Source: an uncultured virus (IMG/VR IMGVR_UViG_3300012953_000023)
Lineage: Duplodnaviria > Heunggongvirae > Uroviricota > Caudoviricetes
Length of the DNA stretch: 64,000 bases
IMG/VR virus record: IMGVR_UViG_3300012953_000023
Strand: one strand, 5' to 3'
Positions within the stretch are counted from its first letter, which is position 1, and each line of letters begins with the position of its first letter. Positions 47,793 to 57,743 of the stretch are shown one piece after another. The position numbers and the translations under genes were made by a program. The notes under the pieces are model-generated. The model had not been told where the DNA came from. It did not search any database and saw only the letters and a list, made by a program, of their open reading frames with translations.

Positions 47793-48710
47793 CTATAAAT
47801 TATTTCTAAATACAAATTCAATTGCTCTTTCTGCTTCTCTTCCTATATCTCTTTTCTGATACCAACCACCAGTATCGTTATCAAGATCTCTGCATAAGTA
47901 CTCTATTTCTTTTGATGTAATTGGATATCCTCTAGACATTGCATTACCTGCAGTTGATACCATAATCTGATACATCTTAGCATACCAGCCTGATCCTTGA
48001 ATTGCTTTATAATCTTCTACTTGATTTTTGTTTACAAAAGGGCAGTCTGCATATCCTGTCCATGTAAAGTTAGTGTTATTGAGTGTTCCTTTTCTGTGTT
48101 CAATGAGTCCTTTTTTGATAGCATCTGGAAGCTTATCGAAAAACGATTCATTTGGTACGACATACTTGTGTTTTTCCATGATAGATTTGGGATCCAAGAT
48201 TTTGCCATTGTGTGAGAATATAAAGTTGTAAGCTCCTTTGTATTTACTTGGTACGTAGTACATTCTGCTGAGATCTTTTGTTTGGGCATCTGCGATGTCT
48301 CCTATTTCTTTGTTAAGTGCAAACCAAAAATGTTTAATTTTATCAGCTTCTACATTTTCAGTTAATGGGAATATTAATCTAAACTTTGGTTGCTGTTTAG
48401 TAGATGATGCTGTGGAGTAACAAACATATTTATATTGAGAATATTTCTTTTCAATATCTTTTATATCTCCTTCATAATCATCTACATCAACTGCTGCCCA
48501 GCCTGACCAGTTTAGAACATGAGCATTAGCTCTAGTAGTATCTGCTACATAAGTAGCTGGACTAATTAATGGTGCGTCTTTTTTCTTTTTGTATTTATTT
48601 GATTCTGATAAACTATACAGCACTTGCTCAAACTGCTCAAAGGACTCGTAGTCCATTCGCTTTTCAGTTTTGTTATCGTATATCGAATCAAATATCGTTA
48701 AACTTACCAT
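47793..48710 (-). CDS. Archaeo-eukaryotic primase/polymerase-like protein (start MVSLT)
   Basis: VDVDD, YST.SS, PKFRLIFPL, D.SRMYY; helical C-terminal domain. Confidence 0.7.
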   Translation of the reverse strand: MVSLTIFDSIYDNKTEKRMDYESFEQFEQVLYSLSESNKYKKKKDAPLISPATYVADTTRANAHVLNWSGWAAVDVDDYEGDIKDIEKKYSQYKYVCYSTASSTKQQPKFRLIFPLTENVEADKIKHFWFALNKEIGDIADAQTKDLSRMYYVPSKYKGAYNFIFSHNGKILDPKSIMEKHKYVVPNESFFDKLPDAIKKGLIEHRKGTLNNTNFTWTGYADCPFVNKNQVEDYKAIQGSGWYAKMYQIMVSTAGNAMSRGYPITSKEIEYLCRDLDNDTGGWYQKRDIGREAERAIEFVFRNNL

Positions 48711-49089
48711 GATTGTCTTTGTGACTAGGGGCCTCCCATCCATCTGGTTTTATTAAATCTGGTACTCCAAGAGGATTTGGCCTTGAAGGTTTTCTACCGA
48801 CTTCTTTTTGCATATTAGCTTTCAGTACTTCGTCCCATGCTTTATATGGATCAACTCCAAAGGCATCAAGTGTACCAATTGCAACAACACATAGATCAAT
48901 AAGACCATCAACGACTTCTTCTGCGTCGTTTAACATATATGCATGTCTTGTTTCATCTAATTCTTCTTGTAAAAATGCTATCCTAAACTTTAAAAATTCT
49001 TTTAGTTTTTCAGGATTATTTTCAACCCATTGCCTAGTTAAATACTTGGATTGCATTATATGAATATCTTCTACCCAGTTTTTACTCAT
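48688..49089 (-). CDS. MazG-like all-alpha NTP pyrophosphohydrolase
   Basis: EELDE, EVVDGLID, ANM.K, D..KP.GW. Confidence 0.85.
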   Translation of the reverse strand: MSKNWVEDIHIMQSKYLTRQWVENNPEKLKEFLKFRIAFLQEELDETRHAYMLNDAEEVVDGLIDLCVVAIGTLDAFGVDPYKAWDEVLKANMQKEVGRKPSRPNPLGVPDLIKPDGWEAPSHKDNHGKFNDI

Positions 49090-49385
49090 GATGGCATTAC
49101 TATATCTTTGTTAGGTGTTACTATTCTGTTTTTTCCACTCATTTGATCTATTTGTTCTTTTAATTGATCAATAGGTGCAACAGTAAATAGTACATGATTA
49201 TTTGATATTGTTACTCCTTCATGAGCATTTGTATAAGCCATAAAAGGAATGAATTGAATTTTTCCTTCGCCTCCTGGCAATAAATTAAATCCATTTGAAA
49301 TAGTTACACTATCTTCGTTTTTTGTTACATCTCCGATTATTTCTTCACCGGAAACAAGTCTTATTAATAATTGTTCTGTTTTCAT
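49086..49385 (-). CDS. Sm-fold-like hypothetical protein
   Basis: IRLVSGEEIIG. Confidence 0.7.
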   Translation of the reverse strand: MKTEQLLIRLVSGEEIIGDVTKNEDSVTISNGFNLLPGGEGKIQFIPFMAYTNAHEGVTISNNHVLFTVAPIDQLKEQIDQMSGKNRIVTPNKDIVMPS

Positions 49386-49409
49386 TTAAACATTTCTCCA
49401 TTTTGATAT

Positions 49410-49438
49410 ATTATACCACATCTTGTGTATAATGTACA
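49410..49438 (-). promoter_or_regulatory. Early-type promoter TGTACA-N17-TATAAT
   Basis: Recurrent motif. Confidence 0.8.
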
Positions 49439-49442
49439 GTGT

Positions 49443-51968
49443 TTATCCAAAAAAATCTTCAAGGGTAGATATCTCTTCTGATGACCAGCCTACAGCTGAT
49501 AGTATTGGATCAATCGGATCCAGGAAGGTTTTTTGAAATTGTAAATCGTAGTCAATATACTTATGTAATCCAAACTCTTCTGGTAAGAAGTCCATGAATG
49601 CAATTACATTTTCATGTAAACGATTAGGTTGTTTCAAATATACGAATTTAATCTTTTCGCCATTTTGAACTTTTGTATACTTTTTAGATAATGAAAGATC
49701 ATCTATTTGGCTATTGTACAATAATGCGCCACGAACGTGAATCGGTGTACCTTTCCTATAGATGTTTCCGCCAGTACCTTTAAAGTCATTTACTTTTGAT
49801 ATTCCTCTAGGGAATGCAATCTGATGTGGAGGTAAAGTATTAAAATATCCCTTAAACTGATCGATTGCTTTTTGTGTTTCTGCTTCTGAGCCAGACATAA
49901 TAACTTTAAATATAGCTTTTAGAGCATCACGACATGGTTCTGGTGTTGAAGATTTAATGGCTTCAATACCCATAATTTTTAGTTTAGGTGTTTTATACCT
50001 TACACCCTCGTTATCATGCACATTTAAAATGTATCGCTTTTTAGCTGTCCATAATCCACGGTCTGCAATAGCTTCTCGTTTCATAACCATACGATTGCTT
50101 ACACCGCCAAGCATTTGATATAAATTATCATACGATTTTTCGAGTACTGGTTCTAAATCTTTTTCGCAAACTTTATCCAAGAAATCAATAGGATTTGGTG
50201 GATTAATAGCTTTAACTAAATCATCTAGGCATACATACAAACTGTCTGTGTCGATTGCAAGTACATAGTCCTTATAGGTTTTCCCGTTTCGCAGGATACG
50301 ATTGAGATGTCCATTAATGGCATGTTCGGCCCATCGTATAGTAAGTTGTCCTGTAAGTGTAATTGCCTCAGCAATTCTTTGGTCGAAGAACCTGAAATAT
50401 CTGTTGCCCATAGCACCGTAAAGAGAATTAAGCAGAATTTTAATAGCCATCTGCTTATTTTCTGCAAGAGATATATCCCTTTCAATTGAATATAGTTTTT
50501 GTTTATCATCTTTATCTACCTTTTGTAATTCTTTTTGTGCATTAATCATATCCTTTTTGATACCAACTCTTTCATTATACATCTCATCAATAATCATTGG
50601 AACAATGCCTGGACGATTAGTATTAAAATATTGGCCACTAGCTGATAACGCTTTTCCGTTATTATTTAGTGCTTGTGAATCTGTGAGAACAGCTTCAATA
50701 TCAACCTTTGTTACCTCTCCTTCTGCAATAGTTTCAGGTGACATGTTGTATTGCATAATAATTGAAGGGTATAGTGAGTTGAGATCAAAGCTGACCACAT
50801 TATCGTGAATTCCTACATGGGGATCTTTAACATATCCACCAGGATAATTTGATTTGGTTTTATCTTCTGAGAAGGGTACTACGATTTTATTTTCATGCAA
50901 CTTACGATATATAATAGTATCCCAGATTGCAGTAGTACCAAAAGTGTCTTGGTAATTAACACCACCCTTATAAGCAATAGTCATGGCTAGAGTAATAAGT
51001 CCCATTTTATCTTCCAACCTATCAACCAATTCTACGTCTTTAATGTTATAATCAATAAACTTTTGATGATCATTCATATACAAAGAAAATAGTGAACCAT
51101 GCTCTTCATAGCTTAATTTCTTTTCTCCAAGTACAACATGAGCAATATGATCAAGTCGATAAGATTCTTGTGCACCGTAAGTATAACCAAACTTAATAAA
51201 AAGTTCCATATAATCCAGCATTGAAATGCCTTTGATTTCGTATGCAGTTTGAGAACGACCTTGTTTAGTAATTTCTCTACGTTCAATCATTCCCCATGGA
51301 CTTAATCTTTTAACATATGCATCGCCAAGCAAACGATGTATTCGATTTACCAAATATGGCATATCAAAGAATCTTGTGTTCCATCCAGTAATAACATCAG
51401 GACAGTTAGAAGGTAGTGACCAATGAGTTACAAAGTCAATAAGTAAATCGGCTTCTGTAGCACATTTTTTATAAACAACTCTATGACTTTTCATTAGAGA
51501 GTTTTCTACGTTATAATCACCTAATCCCCAGACATAATATGTATTATCAATATTGTTTTTAAGACAAATAGCAGTAACTACATTATCAGCTCTATCAGGC
51601 TCAGGAAATCCATCGTCGGATTGAACCTCGATATCGATAGTAGTAACATTAATTAGATTACGATTAAATTCAATATGTCCAGGATATTCGTCATTAATAA
51701 ATGCCGATATGTAACGAGTGTTGCCATAGATATCTCTACCTGCTACATGTTTGTTTTGGTTTACCCATTCATTAGCATCTCGCATAGAATCAAAATGCAC
51801 TTCTCCAACTGGAGTATCGTCTAGTGCTTTCCAATTAGTTGGTCGATTTGTTGAAACGTAAAGAGTTGGTTTGTATTTGATTTTTTGTTGGATTCTTTTA
51901 CCATTGTCGTAACCACGATATAATAGCATATTGCCATATCGCGAAACGTTAGTGTAGAATTTCATCAT
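49443..51968 (-). CDS. 43: Family B DNA polymerase gp43
   Basis: DIE exo I, DLNSLYPS, K..LNSLYG, DTDS, C-terminal clamp motif LEDFF. Confidence 0.97.
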   Translation of the reverse strand: MMKFYTNVSRYGNMLLYRGYDNGKRIQQKIKYKPTLYVSTNRPTNWKALDDTPVGEVHFDSMRDANEWVNQNKHVAGRDIYGNTRYISAFINDEYPGHIEFNRNLINVTTIDIEVQSDDGFPEPDRADNVVTAICLKNNIDNTYYVWGLGDYNVENSLMKSHRVVYKKCATEADLLIDFVTHWSLPSNCPDVITGWNTRFFDMPYLVNRIHRLLGDAYVKRLSPWGMIERREITKQGRSQTAYEIKGISMLDYMELFIKFGYTYGAQESYRLDHIAHVVLGEKKLSYEEHGSLFSLYMNDHQKFIDYNIKDVELVDRLEDKMGLITLAMTIAYKGGVNYQDTFGTTAIWDTIIYRKLHENKIVVPFSEDKTKSNYPGGYVKDPHVGIHDNVVSFDLNSLYPSIIMQYNMSPETIAEGEVTKVDIEAVLTDSQALNNNGKALSASGQYFNTNRPGIVPMIIDEMYNERVGIKKDMINAQKELQKVDKDDKQKLYSIERDISLAENKQMAIKILLNSLYGAMGNRYFRFFDQRIAEAITLTGQLTIRWAEHAINGHLNRILRNGKTYKDYVLAIDTDSLYVCLDDLVKAINPPNPIDFLDKVCEKDLEPVLEKSYDNLYQMLGGVSNRMVMKREAIADRGLWTAKKRYILNVHDNEGVRYKTPKLKIMGIEAIKSSTPEPCRDALKAIFKVIMSGSEAETQKAIDQFKGYFNTLPPHQIAFPRGISKVNDFKGTGGNIYRKGTPIHVRGALLYNSQIDDLSLSKKYTKVQNGEKIKFVYLKQPNRLHENVIAFMDFLPEEFGLHKYIDYDLQFQKTFLDPIDPILSAVGWSSEEISTLEDFFG

Positions 51969-51995
51969 ATAGTTGTCACCTTTAATATAGAGTAT

Positions 51996-52024
51996 ATTAT
52001 ACCATAACTAGATACATTTGTACA
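51996..52024 (-). promoter_or_regulatory. Early-type promoter TGTACA-N17-TATAAT
   Basis: Recurrent motif upstream of gp43. Confidence 0.8.
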
Positions 52025-52045
52025 GTGTTATTTTGCAGAAAGTTT

Positions 52046-52065
52046 GGGGGAAGTTTCCTCCCCCC
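52046..52065 (-). terminator. GC-rich hairpin, probable terminator
   Basis: GGGGGAG-GAAA-CTTCCCC stem; weak U-tail. Confidence 0.6.
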
Positions 52066-52084
52066 GCATGAATATAGCAGTTGC

Positions 52085-52225
52085 TTACCAGGTTCCTATC
52101 TGTAACCACATGATAAACGGAGCTATTCCTAAGATTGCTCCACATGTAAGTACCATAATAAGAATTCCATGTAAGGTCTCCGCTATGTCGTCATATTTAT
52201 TCATATAATGTATAATATGTTTCAT
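52085..52225 (-). CDS. Small membrane protein, 46 aa (not in track)
   Basis: SD GGAG; MKHIIHYMNKYDDIAETLHGILIMVLTCGAILGIAPFIMWLQIGTW. Confidence 0.65.
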   Translation of the reverse strand: MKHIIHYMNKYDDIAETLHGILIMVLTCGAILGIAPFIMWLQIGTW

Positions 52226-52278
52226 AGCTGTTCTCCAGTAAAAAAGTTTATTACTTATCTACCGGGTGTTCGCTGATA

Positions 52279-52740
52279 CTAGCCTTTCAAAAAAGATTTT
52301 TTCTTTGATGCCCCAGCAGACCCTATATCGATCTTCCTAGGACGCCTTTCTTCTGGAAGTTCAACTCTGGCATACACCACGAGTATCCCATTCTCTAAAT
52401 CGGCACCATCTATTACGACAAATTCTGAGAGACGGAAGCTCTTCTCAAATTTGCGGGATGAAATACCTTTCCACGCATATTCTCTTTCGTTGTTATCGTT
52501 ATCTACAGCACCCCTGACCTTTAAGATACCATCCTTAACTTCCAGTGAGATGTCTTCTTGAGTGAATCCTGCTACTGCAAGTTCAATTAAAAATTTCTCA
52601 TCATCTATCTTCACAATATTGTGAGGTGGATAGTTGTCGTTTCCAGATCTAGCTGAAGAGTGAATTGCTTCGAGTTCGTCAAATAACCCCTCGAATCCTA
52701 CGAATAATGAACGAGGCACGTTCAAGTTAGTTCTTACCAT
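52279..52740 (-). CDS. Small heat-shock protein Hsp20 (IbpA-like)
   Basis: NYPPHNI, ELAVAGF, GISSRKF, A.LENGIL. Confidence 0.93.
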   Translation of the reverse strand: MVRTNLNVPRSLFVGFEGLFDELEAIHSSARSGNDNYPPHNIVKIDDEKFLIELAVAGFTQEDISLEVKDGILKVRGAVDNDNNEREYAWKGISSRKFEKSFRLSEFVVIDGADLENGILVVYARVELPEERRPRKIDIGSAGASKKKSFLKG

Positions 52741-52803
52741 TTTGCTTTCCTCCTATATGTTTAGCAAGGTTAATCGGACCCAATAAATTTGGCATCCTAC
52801 TTT

Positions 52804-52811
52804 TATTTATA
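52804..52811 (-). promoter_or_regulatory. Late promoter TATAAATA
   Basis: Exact consensus, intergenic. Confidence 0.72.
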
Positions 52812-52926
52812 CTAGATTTAGTTCTAGTTCAAGAAATAATAAGAAATTATATTTTAATAATATAGACTTATTATTTTATTGATCCTACCTGATTTCATAA
52901 GGTTATGAAATTTTTTCCAGGCTTTA

Positions 52927-53364
52927 TTAATTTTTTTCGCCATTGCTGTTTCCTATGTTGTATTTAGGACACAGTTCCCATTGCGATTTTTCTTTAAATG
53001 GAATGACCTTTATTTGACGCAATGGTGCTAAGCTCTTTGATGCTTCTGGATTAATTTTAGTTACTAATCCCCAGTCTGCTAAAAGAGTTGCAATTGTGTT
53101 CCTTCTCTCTAGGTCATTCTCTATAAGATTAGATGGTTTTCCATCTAATAAAAATAGTTCTTTAAAGTGAACTATAAAATATCGACCTTGCTTATGCAAG
53201 ATGTGACATGACTGGTATAATTTTTGATCTTTTCTAGATGCGACTCCAATTCTGGTTAGAGTCTCTCTGATCTTTAAAAAATCGTCCGGTTCGTTTAGTG
53301 TGACTTCCAACATACTTGCTGGGGTCCAATCTTTAACTTCAATATTATTGTTTTCGTTTTCCAC
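52927..53364 (-). CDS. regA: Translational repressor RegA
   Basis: DDFLKIRETLTRIG, LYQSCHILHKQG.Y.IVHFKE. Confidence 0.96.
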   Translation of the reverse strand: MENENNNIEVKDWTPASMLEVTLNEPDDFLKIRETLTRIGVASRKDQKLYQSCHILHKQGRYFIVHFKELFLLDGKPSNLIENDLERRNTIATLLADWGLVTKINPEASKSLAPLRQIKVIPFKEKSQWELCPKYNIGNSNGEKN

Positions 53365-53728
53365 CTTTATAAATCCTTTGTTTCAATTGTTCAATTTGTT
53401 CATTATTAAGTAATGATAAAACGGACTTAGCTTTTTCATCGCTATATCCATAATATTCTTTTATTACTTCAAGATTGGCTACTTCTTGTGGTTTTACCCA
53501 TTTTGTGAACCTTTTCTTTTTCTTAATTATATTTATAAGAAAATGATATTGAAGCTTACTATCTAGGTGGTGATTTATGTTCATTTCATTTGCATATAAA
53601 ATAGTATCTGGAAAAAAAGACAATCCTCTGTTTATAATAAAAGCATTGTATTCCTTTTCAGTTACATCGTCAACCATAATATCCTTTTTGGTATTATTGA
53701 TTGAGCCTAAATATTCAAACGGATTCAT
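53345..53728 (-). CDS. 62: Clamp loader small subunit gp62
   Basis: FIINRGLS, YYGYS..KA; synteny. Confidence 0.9.
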   Translation of the reverse strand: MNPFEYLGSINNTKKDIMVDDVTEKEYNAFIINRGLSFFPDTILYANEMNINHHLDSKLQYHFLINIIKKKKRFTKWVKPQEVANLEVIKEYYGYSDEKAKSVLSLLNNEQIEQLKQRIYKGGKRKQ

Positions 53729-53967
53729 TCGAATTTAAGCTCCTGTTGTGAATTATCCATGAGTTGATGTGCAATATACATTTCTGCATCAACTCTGGTA
53801 TCACACAATTTTTCTTCTATAATAATCTTTTTATTATTATATGCTACTGCTCTAAATCTATGAGTATCAACGCTATAATGAACTTCTACTATTTGCCATG
53901 TTACTGGTCCATCATCTATCATTTCTGTTGCTTCTCCTGTTACTGGATTAATCGTATATTTTTTCAT
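53725..53967 (-). CDS. Hypothetical protein inserted between 44 and 62
   Basis: Coupled ATGA overlaps on both sides. Confidence 0.7.
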   Translation of the reverse strand: MKKYTINPVTGEATEMIDDGPVTWQIVEVHYSVDTHRFRAVAYNNKKIIIEEKLCDTRVDAEMYIAHQLMDNSQQELKFE

Positions 53968-54899
53968 TTAAATTTAACTCCTGCCATAATTTCAGTACAA
54001 CAAGCTACTAAATTAAGCTCATGATCGGCAACAAAAGAATTTTTGTATTGATAATCTGCAAGTATAAGAACCATTTGTGGAATACTACTTGGTTCTATAA
54101 ACTCATTCATATTGTCATACATTTTTCTAAATAGAGATGCTGGATCTGAGTCAATGTTATTACTAACCCATTGTCTCATTTTTTTAAAGTCCTTCATTTT
54201 CAAAGAACTCATTAGTTCGTTTACTGATATATCGTTTAATGAAACTAATATACCAGAATCTATAACACCGGATGTGCTATATCTTTGTAATTCGTTTATA
54301 ACCCTTCGCCAATCTGGCATGTACTTCATTATTAATTCTGCTAGGACACTTGTTTCATATTTAATTCCTTCATCGTCAAGAATGAGCATTAAGCGAGACA
54401 TCATAACTGAGCATAACCTATTTGCATCTTTCTTTGGAATGTTAAATTCTACGACTGAGCATCTAGAATGAAGTGGTTCAATAATTCTGTTTTTAAAATT
54501 ACATGTTAAAATAAATCTACAGTTACCACTAAACTCTTCGATAAATCCACGAAGAGCTGGTTGTGTAGACTGTGGATTAAGGTAGTCCGCTTCGTCGAGG
54601 ATAACTACTTTGTAGCCTCCTTGGAGTGAGACCGACGAAGCGAACTGTTTAATCTTATTTCTAAGTGTATCAATTCCAGATTCTTCTGAACCATTAACTA
54701 ACAAATAATCTAAATCTAATTCGTTACATAGAGCTTTAGCAACTGTTGTTTTACCTAGACCAGCTGTGCCAGTCAGAAGCATATTGTGTAATTCACCTCC
54801 GTTAACAATATCTTCAAAAGTTTTCTTTATGTGTGCAGGTAATACACAGTCATTTATAGTTTTTGGTCTATACTTTTCTACCCATAAAAATTCATTCAC
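53964..54899 (-). CDS. 44: Clamp loader large subunit gp44
   Basis: WVEKYRP, GTAGLGKT, DEAD, SRC. Confidence 0.96.
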   Translation of the reverse strand: MNEFLWVEKYRPKTINDCVLPAHIKKTFEDIVNGGELHNMLLTGTAGLGKTTVAKALCNELDLDYLLVNGSEESGIDTLRNKIKQFASSVSLQGGYKVVILDEADYLNPQSTQPALRGFIEEFSGNCRFILTCNFKNRIIEPLHSRCSVVEFNIPKKDANRLCSVMMSRLMLILDDEGIKYETSVLAELIMKYMPDWRRVINELQRYSTSGVIDSGILVSLNDISVNELMSSLKMKDFKKMRQWVSNNIDSDPASLFRKMYDNMNEFIEPSSIPQMVLILADYQYKNSFVADHELNLVACCTEIMAGVKFK

Positions 54900-55155
54900 C
54901 TAAAACCTCCCAACCTTCTACAGTATCTATTCTAAAAGCTCTCCATGCATTTTTATCAAGTGACCACACTGGAAATGCTTCCATGTTTTCAGCTTTATAA
55001 TTAAACTTAGTAGCTACACCGTTTGCTTCTAGTACTGTTGGATTGAGTGTACAAGGCATGACTCTTAATTCACCAGAGTCAATTTTTCTGAATGATACCG
55101 TTACGGTACCCTTTTTTAACGCATCAAGTAGTTGTTTTTGTTCTGTTTGTTTCAT
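54892..55155 (-). CDS. WYL/SH3-like small protein
   Basis: V.F.K..GE.R.M.CTL, WR.FR. Confidence 0.7.
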   Translation of the reverse strand: MKQTEQKQLLDALKKGTVTVSFRKIDSGELRVMPCTLNPTVLEANGVATKFNYKAENMEAFPVWSLDKNAWRAFRIDTVEGWEVLGE

Positions 55156-55168
55156 AATATATTCCTTC

Positions 55169-55195
55169 AAAAATAAAGGGGGAATTGCTCCCCCT
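55169..55195 (-). terminator. Intrinsic terminator
   Basis: AGGGGGA-GCAA-TTCCCCCT followed by TTATTTTT. Confidence 0.8.
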
Positions 55196-55199
55196 AGTA

Positions 55200-55481
55200 T
55201 TATTCGTCGTCTACAACGACTTCGTCAACACCCATGGTATCGGCCACTGGGACCATACCTTCTGGAGCTTCTTGACCTTGAGCAGCAGATGCAGCATTTA
55301 AAAACGCTACTGTTCTGTTTCTCAATCCGCCAACTTGCTCTAGCTCTTGCCCTTCGAAACCACCACGTCTTGAGCACATATCAATGATTTGTACAAACGT
55401 TGCGATATCTTGAAGCGAAAGCTGAGGTGCTTCCGATTGTTCGCCTTCCTGTGGAAGGACTTTACTATCTAATTCAGCCAT
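55200..55481 (-). CDS. Conserved hypothetical late protein
   Basis: IID..S.RGGF...EL..VG; own late promoter and terminator. Confidence 0.78.
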   Translation of the reverse strand: MAELDSKVLPQEGEQSEAPQLSLQDIATFVQIIDMCSRRGGFEGQELEQVGGLRNRTVAFLNAASAAQGQEAPEGMVPVADTMGVDEVVVDDE

Positions 55482-55583
55482 TTTTTTCTCCTTTGCAAAG
55501 TAGACTAATTAAGAGAGACCCGAACCATTCGGCATCTTCTCGCATTATCCTCATAATATTATGAGAATTTCTTACTGCCATAT

Positions 55584-55591
55584 TATTTATA
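55584..55591 (-). promoter_or_regulatory. Late promoter TATAAATA overlapping the gp45 stop
   Basis: Exact consensus. Confidence 0.7.
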
Positions 55592-56258
55592 CAGCAAATG
55601 TTGATGATTTCTCTAAAGCTATAAAATAATCTATTGGATAATCATTATTTGTCCAGTTAGATATTAGCTTTGAAGAAATATTAACAAAGTAATCGCCAGG
55701 TAATAACTTTAAGTTTGGCATATTAACAACAAAGTTAAAGTTTGCCTTACATACGTTATCGCTGTCGAGTTCCATTTCAAAAGTATTTGAAGTCGAATCC
55801 TTTTCGTCAAATACTTTTGCAATTACCTTTCCGTTATCACCACTAATTGCTAAATCAGTGTGACCTAAAACAGCACCAGCTTGCTTTAATGCTTTTAATT
55901 GATCATTAGTAATACTAATACCAAGTTCGCATTCAGGCATTGTGATGTCTTTAGACGGTTGGGTTAAAATTTCTATTTCAGAAAAGTAGTATCTTACTTT
56001 TTGTCCAGAACCAGAGATAAGAACTGACTTATCTTCGAAGGTTAATGTTGGATCTTCAATAAGACTATATACTGATAGAAATTCGTTTAGGTCATAAATT
56101 CCAAACTCTACCGGAAAGTCTTCAACAATTTGAGCATTAGCTAGAATTGTCTTGGCTTCCGAAATAGTTTTTAACTGCTGACCAGGTTTAAACACAACGT
56201 TAGGATTAACGGTTGCGTAGTTTTTTAATACATTTATAGTTTCATTACTTAATTGCAT
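55587..56258 (-). CDS. 45: Sliding clamp gp45
   Basis: LS.ET..VLKN...VN, FGIYDLNEFL, Y.IALE. Confidence 0.95.
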   Translation of the reverse strand: MQLSNETINVLKNYATVNPNVVFKPGQQLKTISEAKTILANAQIVEDFPVEFGIYDLNEFLSVYSLIEDPTLTFEDKSVLISGSGQKVRYYFSEIEILTQPSKDITMPECELGISITNDQLKALKQAGAVLGHTDLAISGDNGKVIAKVFDEKDSTSNTFEMELDSDNVCKANFNFVVNMPNLKLLPGDYFVNISSKLISNWTNNDYPIDYFIALEKSSTFAV

Positions 56259-56282
56259 ATCTTTTCCTCATTTAATACATAT

Positions 56283-56311
56283 ATTATATCATATATTCCT
56301 GTTATTGTACA
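56283..56311 (-). promoter_or_regulatory. Early-type promoter TGTACA-N17-TATAAT
   Basis: Recurrent motif. Confidence 0.75.
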
Positions 56312-56595
56312 GGTTTATTTTCACTATCATGGATCGAAAGTGCAATTATAGCATAGTGTAAAACTTTCTGTAGATCTTTTCTTGCATCTCCAGTTTCTCC
56401 TTTACGTCCATACCTTTGTGCGTATTTCAATACATTACCTATTGCAAAGCCCATACCATGGCCACAGTCAGTTATAAACTCAGTTGACTGAAATTTATTT
56501 CTGCTATAATGGCTATCGTATGTGCTATCAATATAATTCTGGAGCTCTTGTATTAGAGCTCCTTCATTAAACTTATAATTAATTTTTTTACTCAT
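56302..56595 (-). CDS. DUF3310-like protein
   Basis: HY, GF..GNVLKY..RYG.K, DL.K..HY. Confidence 0.8.
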   Translation of the reverse strand: MSKKINYKFNEGALIQELQNYIDSTYDSHYSRNKFQSTEFITDCGHGMGFAIGNVLKYAQRYGRKGETGDARKDLQKVLHYAIIALSIHDSENKPVQ

Positions 56596-57709
56596 AGCTA
56601 TCCTCTGATTCTATTTCTTGTTCTTCGCTATCTAAAGCACCTGAATCTACTTTAGTGTAGAGATCTAGGAATGCTTCTTTTGTATCATCATCGAACCTTG
56701 AGATACATAGATCAATTGCTTTTAGTTTATCTCCAAAGATTGCATATGATTGTGTAATATGACATAGCCTTCTTGTTGAAACTACTTCATCGACACCGTC
56801 ATCTTCAAATGTCTTTCTGATTATATCTGCCCAAGTAACTAGCTTTTCAGCAAATTCTTTATCAATTGAGCCAAACTTTTCCATATGCTTAAGCACAATT
56901 TTTGTTTCAATTGATTTAGCTGGGAATTGTTGATCTATTGATATAGTAAATCTTTCTAGGAAAGCCTCATCTATGATTGATGCAGCTGTAAACCTACCAT
57001 CATCTGAACCTTTACCTTTTGTATTAGCTGTAGCAATTATGTTGAATCCTGGTTGTGGAGTAATTGTTTCACCCGTCTTTTTAACCAAGACTGGCTTACC
57101 TTCCAATATACCTTGTAAACACATAATTTTATTTGTAGCTCTATCAATTTCATCGAGCAATAAAACTGCACCGTTTTCCATCGCTTTAAGAACTGGGCCT
57201 TTAGAGAATACAGTTTCTCCGTTAATAAGTCTAAATCCGCCAAGTAAATCGTCCTCATCTGTTTCTGGGTTGATTTGTACTCTAATAAACTCTCTGTTTA
57301 ATTTAGCACATGATTGTTCAACCATAAAGGTTTTACCATTACCTGATAATCCAGATATGTACATTGGATAAAACATTTCTGATTTTATTACTTTAGTTAC
57401 ATCTTTGAAAAAACCCCATGGTACAAAAGTATCATCTACTGATGCGAAGTTTTTCTCTTGATTAACTATTGATTGCATACTTAAGGTTGTGTTGTCCTTA
57501 ATTGGCTCTTCTCTGATTGGTAAAATCACAGCTGATAGATCATATTGACCTCTGGTTTCACCTTTTGTTTCTAGTAAAGGTGCCCAATCTTTTTTGGTAT
57601 AACCTAAAGATTTTGCTATTTTTACTATTGTAGCCTTTCTAAAAATTGTAGTATCTGGATATTGCTCAATTAGCTTATCCAAAATGTTCTTAGTATTCAC
57701 GTTTATCAT
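56588..57709 (-). CDS. MoxR/CobS-like AAA+ ATPase
   Basis: GLSGNGKT, LLDEID, ATANTKG, AFLERF. Confidence 0.9.
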   Translation of the reverse strand: MINVNTKNILDKLIEQYPDTTIFRKATIVKIAKSLGYTKKDWAPLLETKGETRGQYDLSAVILPIREEPIKDNTTLSMQSIVNQEKNFASVDDTFVPWGFFKDVTKVIKSEMFYPMYISGLSGNGKTFMVEQSCAKLNREFIRVQINPETDEDDLLGGFRLINGETVFSKGPVLKAMENGAVLLLDEIDRATNKIMCLQGILEGKPVLVKKTGETITPQPGFNIIATANTKGKGSDDGRFTAASIIDEAFLERFTISIDQQFPAKSIETKIVLKHMEKFGSIDKEFAEKLVTWADIIRKTFEDDGVDEVVSTRRLCHITQSYAIFGDKLKAIDLCISRFDDDTKEAFLDLYTKVDSGALDSEEQEIESEDSYE

Positions 57710-57743
57710 AATATAATTCACTCCTTTTTTGATTTATAGTAGT

